NCBI GenBank assembly: GCA_036336835.1
Contig: JAYZFK010000039.1
Coordinates: 1 to 33,281 of the forward strand
DNA: 33,281 nucleotides
Reading direction: 5' to 3'
Source of the DNA: Myxococcota bacterium
Lineage (GTDB): Bacteria; Myxococcota_A; UBA9160; UBA4427
The notes under the pieces were generated by a model. The model worked only from the letters and a program-made list of their open reading frames with translations, had not been told where the DNA came from and searched no databases. Both the position numbers and the translations under genes were made by a program. Numbering within the stretch: position 1 is the first letter of the stretch; each line of letters begins with the position of its first letter. Positions 28,780-33,281 of this stretch are shown here, piece by piece.

Positions 28780-31248
28780 CTAGCCAGGCGGCGGCTCGCC
28801 CCCGCCGCCCAGCCGCTCGCCGGCCAGCTCGTCCACGCTGCGCACGTGCAGATCGCGCTGCGGGAACGGGATCTCGATGCCGGCGGCGGCGATCCGCTGG
28901 TTGATCGCAACGTTCAGGTCGCTCTGTACTCGCGCGAACCCGTCGAACGCACCCGTCCAGGCGCGCAGCTCGAAGTCGAGCGAGCTGTCGCCGAAGCCAC
29001 GGAACAGGGCGCGCGACTCCGGGTCGCTCAGCACGTCTTCGTTCGCTTCGGCCACCTCCGTCAGCAGTGCGAGCACCGTGTCGACGTCCGTGCCGTACGC
29101 GACGCCGACCGTGACCTCGATGCGCCGCAGCCGATCCGACAGCGTCCAGTTGGTGACGCGCTCCGAGATCAGCTGCCCGTTGGGCACGATCAGCTCGGCG
29201 CCGGCCCAGGTGCGCACGGTGCTCGAGCGAATGCCGATGCGCTTCACCTCGCCGAGCAGGCCGGCGTCCATCTCGATGACGTCGCCCACCTGCACCGGTC
29301 GCTCGGTCAACAGGATCAGCCCGGACACGAAGTTGTTCACTACGTTCTGCAGGCCGAAGCCGATGCCCACGCCGAACGCGCCCGCCAGCAGCGCGAAGCG
29401 GTCGAGATCGACGCCTGTCGCGGCGACCGCGAGCAGAAAGCCGAGCGTCAGGATCGCATAGTGCGTGAACATCGAGGCCGCGTACGGGACGCCGCGCGCA
29501 AGCTGCAGCCGCGGATACACGTCCTCTTCCAGCGCGAAGCGGACGACGCGAGACAGAAAGAACGAGAGCCAGATGGTCAGGACGAAGGTGAGCACGTCCG
29601 CCAGCGACAGCGCGATCGTCCCGACCTCGAGCTGGGCCGTCAGCACCGCCGTCACCGCGGACACGATCGGCTCCTGGATCGCGAACAGGTCGAGCGTCTC
29701 GAGAGCCCACACCGCGGATGCTACGACGACCGCGAGCCGATGGACGCGCGCGCCCATCGCATAACGACCGCGCTGCACCATGCCGAGCGCACCCAGCGGG
29801 CGTACCCGCAGCGCGAACGTCACCAGGCTCTCGAAGATGCGTACCGCCGCGTACGCCAGCACCCCGACGTAGGCGCTCTCGAGCACCGCGCCACCCACCA
29901 GCTGCCCGAGCCGGCTGTAGCCGAGCACGTCGGCCCCGAGCGCAGCAAGCATCAAGACCAGCGCCCAACGACACGCCAGCCCGAGCAGGGAGAGCGCACC
30001 GCCCCCGGCATGAACCGGCACGTGGTGCAGCCGCGCCGGGCGCAGCAGCCAGCCGAGCAGCAGCACTGCGCCGACCATCTCGGCGAGGAAGATCGCGCGG
30101 GCCAGCAGGGGCAACGTGGCGGCCAGATCGCGCAGCCGATCGAGCAGATAGAAGACGATCAGCGCGTTGAGCAGCGGCACGAAGGCGCGGTCGGCAAAAC
30201 GCCGCACCAACCGCACGGTCGGCACCAGCGCGACAGCGCCCAGCAGCTGGATCAACGAGGGCGGCAGATACGGGTAGATCGAGAACGACGCCGTGAGCGC
30301 CAGCAGCAGCGCCACCGAGTAGGGCGCCTCGAAGACGTCGGCGACGCGTCCGAGCCCGAGCTCCTCCTCGGTGCGGCGACGCACCCGGCTGCGTGCGGAG
30401 CGCAACGCGACGATCAGCCCGAGCAGCAGCGCCGCGTGCGCGATCAGGGCGCCGCGATTCCCGCCCACGAACGCCGCGAGCCGCGCGCGCTCGCCTGCCA
30501 GGGCCTCGCCGACCTTGCCGCCCAGCCCGTCGACCAGCGGATCGAGCGTCTGGGGATCCCAGATCGGCTGCCCGTCGCGCTCGAGGATTCGGCCGACCAG
30601 GCTCGCGCGGGCCGTTGCCACCTCTTCGAGCGCCTGTTCGATGCGCCCGTCCTGCTCGGCGACCGCCGTCTGCAGGGTCAGCAGCTGCGCGCGACGCGCC
30701 GCGACTTGCGCGTGCGCTTCTACCAGCTGCGCGCGAACTCCGGCGGCAGAGGTGATCAGAGCCTCGGGCGCATCGTCGGTGCGCAGCTGCTCGGCGGTGA
30801 CCTCCCAGCGCTTCGCCAGGCGATCGACCTCGGCCAGTGCCTCGCCGACCTCACCGAGCTGGCTCGTCAGCTCGTGCAACCAGGCCGGGAGATCGAGCCG
30901 CAGCTCCTGCCAGGCTGACGCCGCCGCCGACAACGTGCCCAGCGACGCCGTCGTCTCCGACCAGTCGGACGACTGCGCCTGCTGCTCGTCGATCTCGAGC
31001 GTGAGGGGGGGCAGCCGGTCCTCGATCGTCGCCACCCCCGCCCCGGGCGACAGCGCATGATCGAACGAGCGAATCGTGCGCTGGGTCTGGTCGGCCTCTG
31101 CCGCAACCTGCGACACCTCGATCGGTACCACGGCCTCGGCTGCCGGCACCGCCAGCGACTCTGTCTCGTCGTGCGCCCACAGCGGGGCGCCCGCGCAAAG
31201 CAGCAGCAGCACGACCACGAGCCGCAACGTCACCGCGGGTACCAGCAC
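28780..31248 (-). CDS. Large MscS-family mechanosensitive channel (MscK/KefA-like architecture)
   Basis: Signal peptide, coiled-coil periplasmic region, multiple TM segments, GAFGVGIGFGLQNVVNNFVSG, ERPVQVGD, IVPNGQL, VGVAYG, FGDSSLDF, IEIPFPQRDLH. Start approximate (GTG 31248 or 31233). Confidence 0.93.
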   Translation of the reverse strand: MLVPAVTLRLVVVLLLLCAGAPLWAHDETESLAVPAAEAVVPIEVSQVAAEADQTQRTIRSFDHALSPGAGVATIEDRLPPLTLEIDEQQAQSSDWSETTASLGTLSAAASAWQELRLDLPAWLHELTSQLGEVGEALAEVDRLAKRWEVTAEQLRTDDAPEALITSAAGVRAQLVEAHAQVAARRAQLLTLQTAVAEQDGRIEQALEEVATARASLVGRILERDGQPIWDPQTLDPLVDGLGGKVGEALAGERARLAAFVGGNRGALIAHAALLLGLIVALRSARSRVRRRTEEELGLGRVADVFEAPYSVALLLALTASFSIYPYLPPSLIQLLGAVALVPTVRLVRRFADRAFVPLLNALIVFYLLDRLRDLAATLPLLARAIFLAEMVGAVLLLGWLLRPARLHHVPVHAGGGALSLLGLACRWALVLMLAALGADVLGYSRLGQLVGGAVLESAYVGVLAYAAVRIFESLVTFALRVRPLGALGMVQRGRYAMGARVHRLAVVVASAVWALETLDLFAIQEPIVSAVTAVLTAQLEVGTIALSLADVLTFVLTIWLSFFLSRVVRFALEEDVYPRLQLARGVPYAASMFTHYAILTLGFLLAVAATGVDLDRFALLAGAFGVGIGFGLQNVVNNFVSGLILLTERPVQVGDVIEMDAGLLGEVKRIGIRSSTVRTWAGAELIVPNGQLISERVTNWTLSDRLRRIEVTVGVAYGTDVDTVLALLTEVAEANEDVLSDPESRALFRGFGDSSLDFELRAWTGAFDGFARVQSDLNVAINQRIAAAGIEIPFPQRDLHVRSVDELAGERLGGGGEPPPG

Positions 31249-31253
31249 GCCGA

Positions 31254-31517
31254 CTACTTCCCGAGCTCCTCGCCGATCGCGTCGACGGCCTCCGCGACGG
31301 CTTCTCTCGTTTCCTCCGCCGCCTCGTCCAGCTCGCGCCCGACCCGCTCGAGCCTGCCCTCGTCCGAGAGCCCCCGCGCCTTCTCGATCATCTCGCCCGC
31401 AGCCTCGTCGAGCCGCCGCCCCGCCTGCTCCATCGGGCCCTCTTCGTCGCCACAGCCCATCGGCCCCACGGCCAGCACGGCCACCAGCCCCAACCCGACC
31501 ACGCACTTCGTGCTCAC
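31254..31517 (-). CDS. Small acidic lipoprotein with two internal helical repeats
   Basis: Hydrophobic signal ending in PMGC; EGPMEQAGRRLDEAA / EGRLERVGRELDEAA; GGGAGGGAG RBS. Confidence 0.85.
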   Translation of the reverse strand: MSTKCVVGLGLVAVLAVGPMGCGDEEGPMEQAGRRLDEAAGEMIEKARGLSDEGRLERVGRELDEAAEETREAVAEAVDAIGEELGK

Positions 31518-31696
31518 GCTCGAATCTCCCTCCCCGGCGCCAGCGCCGGGCGTGCACCTGCCGGATCATATCGCCGCTGCGCGGCCCGCGAACGCTAGAC
31601 GATCGCGAAGCGAATCGCGCCAACCGGCCGCTCTCAATCCGCCCGCGTGCTCCAGAGCCGAGGAGGTAGAATGGGTACCGGGTTGGGGAGAGCGCC

Positions 31697-32854
31697 ATGA
31701 CCGACAGCCGACCGATCATCATCTCGTGCGACGGTCATGCGACCGGCCGACCGCAGGACTACGTGCCCTACGTCGAGCCGGCCTATCGCGAGAAGTACCA
31801 GGAGTTCGTCCGCGAGCTCGCCGCGACGCGTGCCGCGGCCAGGCAGAAGGAATCGCTGTTCTCCGGCGAGGGCAGCTTCGGGCTGGACAAGGAGACCGGC
31901 GACGCGCGCGACGGCGAATGGAACTCCGCGCTCCGCGCAGAGGTGCTCGAGGGAGAGGGCATCGTCGCGGAGGTGTTGTTCCCGAACGGAGGCGTGCCCT
32001 TCGGCGGCTTCGGCGAATCGGCCGAGCACGAGCTGCGGGGCGTCGGCAACCGCGCGTACGACCGCTGGCTGCTCGACTTTGCCAACGATCTGCCCGGACG
32101 GCGCGCGGCGCTCGCCATGCTGACCGTGCACGACCTCGACGCCACGGTGGCCGAGATCCGCTGGGCCGCCACGCACGGCATGAAGGGCGTGATCCTGCCG
32201 ACCGTGCCGGGCAAGGGGCTGCCCCCCTATTACGACACGCGTTACGACCCGCTCTGGGCCGCCTGCCAGGAGCACGAGATGCCGGTGCACATCCACGGCG
32301 GAGGCGGCACGCCGGACTACGGCGACTACGGCGTGGTGAGCATGCTGATGTACGCCACCGAGGCCACCTACTTCTCCCAGCGCAACCTGTGGGTGCTGAT
32401 CTGGGGCGGCGTGCTCGATCGCTTCCCGCGCATGCAGGTGGTCTTCACCGAGACCAGCTCCGAGTGGGTGCCGAGTACGCTCCGGCTGCTCGACGGCATC
32501 CACCGGGCGCCCTTCTTCCAGCACGTCCAGAACACCGCGAAGCTCGAGCCGAGCGAGTACTTCGAGCGCCAGTGCCATGTCGCCGCGAGCTTCATGGCCC
32601 CGCACGAATCGGCGATGCGCCACGACATCGGACTCGAGCAGTTGATGTGGGGCGCCGACTTCCCCCACATGGAAGGAACCTGGCCCCGTACGCGCAAGTC
32701 GCTGGCACGCTGCTTCGAGGGCATCCCGATCGACGAGGCCAGGACGATCCTCAGCGACAACCCCGCCAAGGTCTACGGCTTCGATCTCGAGACGCTCCAG
32801 CCGATCGCCGACCGCGTGTGCCCCACCACTCGCGAGCTCGTCGGCACGGACTGA
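31697..32854 (+). CDS. Amidohydrolase-family (amidohydro_2) protein
   Basis: ISCDGH, EGIVAEVLFP, YDPLWAACQE..MPVHIH, GGVLDRFP, FTE, MWGADFPHMEGTWP, DNPAKVYGF; TAGAAT -10 at 31667-31672 and GGGAGAG RBS. Confidence 0.93.
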   Translation: MTDSRPIIISCDGHATGRPQDYVPYVEPAYREKYQEFVRELAATRAAARQKESLFSGEGSFGLDKETGDARDGEWNSALRAEVLEGEGIVAEVLFPNGGVPFGGFGESAEHELRGVGNRAYDRWLLDFANDLPGRRAALAMLTVHDLDATVAEIRWAATHGMKGVILPTVPGKGLPPYYDTRYDPLWAACQEHEMPVHIHGGGGTPDYGDYGVVSMLMYATEATYFSQRNLWVLIWGGVLDRFPRMQVVFTETSSEWVPSTLRLLDGIHRAPFFQHVQNTAKLEPSEYFERQCHVAASFMAPHESAMRHDIGLEQLMWGADFPHMEGTWPRTRKSLARCFEGIPIDEARTILSDNPAKVYGFDLETLQPIADRVCPTTRELVGTD

Positions 32855-32977
32855 TCGACCGGGCGCCGCGAGGGTGCGCTCGACAGCGCTCCGCATTCTC
32901 GGCCGTGATCCCAACGCGGTCTCTTCTCCCGATCCCCCCGGGCAGGGCGCTTCAGTCCGTCGAGGTCGCGCGGTCGA

Positions 32978-33281
32978 TCATTGGGTCCAGTCCCCAGCGA
33001 GGGGAGTCCAGTTCGAGCCGGCGGGGCCGAACCGGATGATCACGTCGGCGGGACCCCCGCTGTGCGTGTTCTTCAGGTAGAAGCGTCCCGACACTGGATT
33101 GAACAGCCCGACGGTCACGTCGCCATCGCCGTCCCAGTCCCCGGTGATCGGGATCCAGTTCGAGCCGGCGGGGCCGACCCGGATGATCACGTCGGCGGGT
33201 CCGCCGCTGTGCGTGTTCTTCAGGTAGAAGCGCCCCGACACTGGATTGAACAGCCCGACGGTGGTTGGGTCGGCCATCGGC
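32978..33281 (-). CDS. C-terminal end of an FG-GAP/VCBS-like repeat protein (likely extracellular); partial
   Basis: Repeated TVGLFNPVSGRFYLKNTHSGGPADVIIR(F/V)GPAGSNW.P..GDWDGDG unit containing a DxDGDG motif; probably begins outside the window. Confidence 0.8.
   Translation of the reverse strand, partial: PMADPTTVGLFNPVSGRFYLKNTHSGGPADVIIRVGPAGSNWIPITGDWDGDGDVTVGLFNPVSGRFYLKNTHSGGPADVIIRFGPAGSNWTPLAGDWTQ
33008..33262. repeat. Near-identical 147-bp tandem coding repeat (two copies visible)
   Basis: CCAGTTCGAGCCGGCGGGGCCGA...CAGCCCGACGGT starts at 33008 and 33155; period 147 nt = 49 codons. Confidence 0.95.

Noticed and set aside
33008..33262. Repeat as CRISPR array or mobile-element end
   Set aside because: The 147-nt period is a multiple of three with synonymous differences, there are no unique spacers, and no cas or transposase gene is present.

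Overview
Gene-dense, very GC-rich (roughly 70% by eye) bacterial chromosomal segment with about 34 protein-coding genes. Both ends cut through genes. Gene content (mitochondrial-like EF-G1, FlhG/MinD-HTH fusion, divergent IF-1, actinobacterial-style acyl-CoA dehydrogenase pair) suggests a Myxococcota/deltaproteobacterial lineage; this is inference only. In order, the window holds: an M16 peptidase pair; CoA-binding, DsbA-like and SUI1/YciH genes; an ArnC-like GT2, an unknown protein and an ArnT-like GT; gltA; a class IV aminotransferase; an LLM oxidoreductase; an acyl-CoA dehydrogenase pair; a degenerate GGDEF-like protein; ctaA; an orphan divergent mreB head-to-head with a MinD/FlhG ATPase fused to a RodZ-type HTH; a split MFE-2-like SDR plus hydratase; arsS-TVP38-disulfide oxidoreductase-TerB; fusA with a RecA/KaiC-like ATPase; an ALDH1L1-like formyltransferase; an LbH acyltransferase; infA; a Met-ladder membrane protein with a methyltransferase; MscS with a small lipoprotein; an amidohydrolase; and the end of a 49-aa repeat protein. 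I found no rRNA, tRNA, CRISPR array or mobile element. The best candidate for an undescribed system is the mreB paralog (catalytic Glu replaced by Gln, candidate sigma-54 promoter) paired with the MinD-RodZ-HTH fusion. All family assignments come from recognising motifs by eye; no searches were run.
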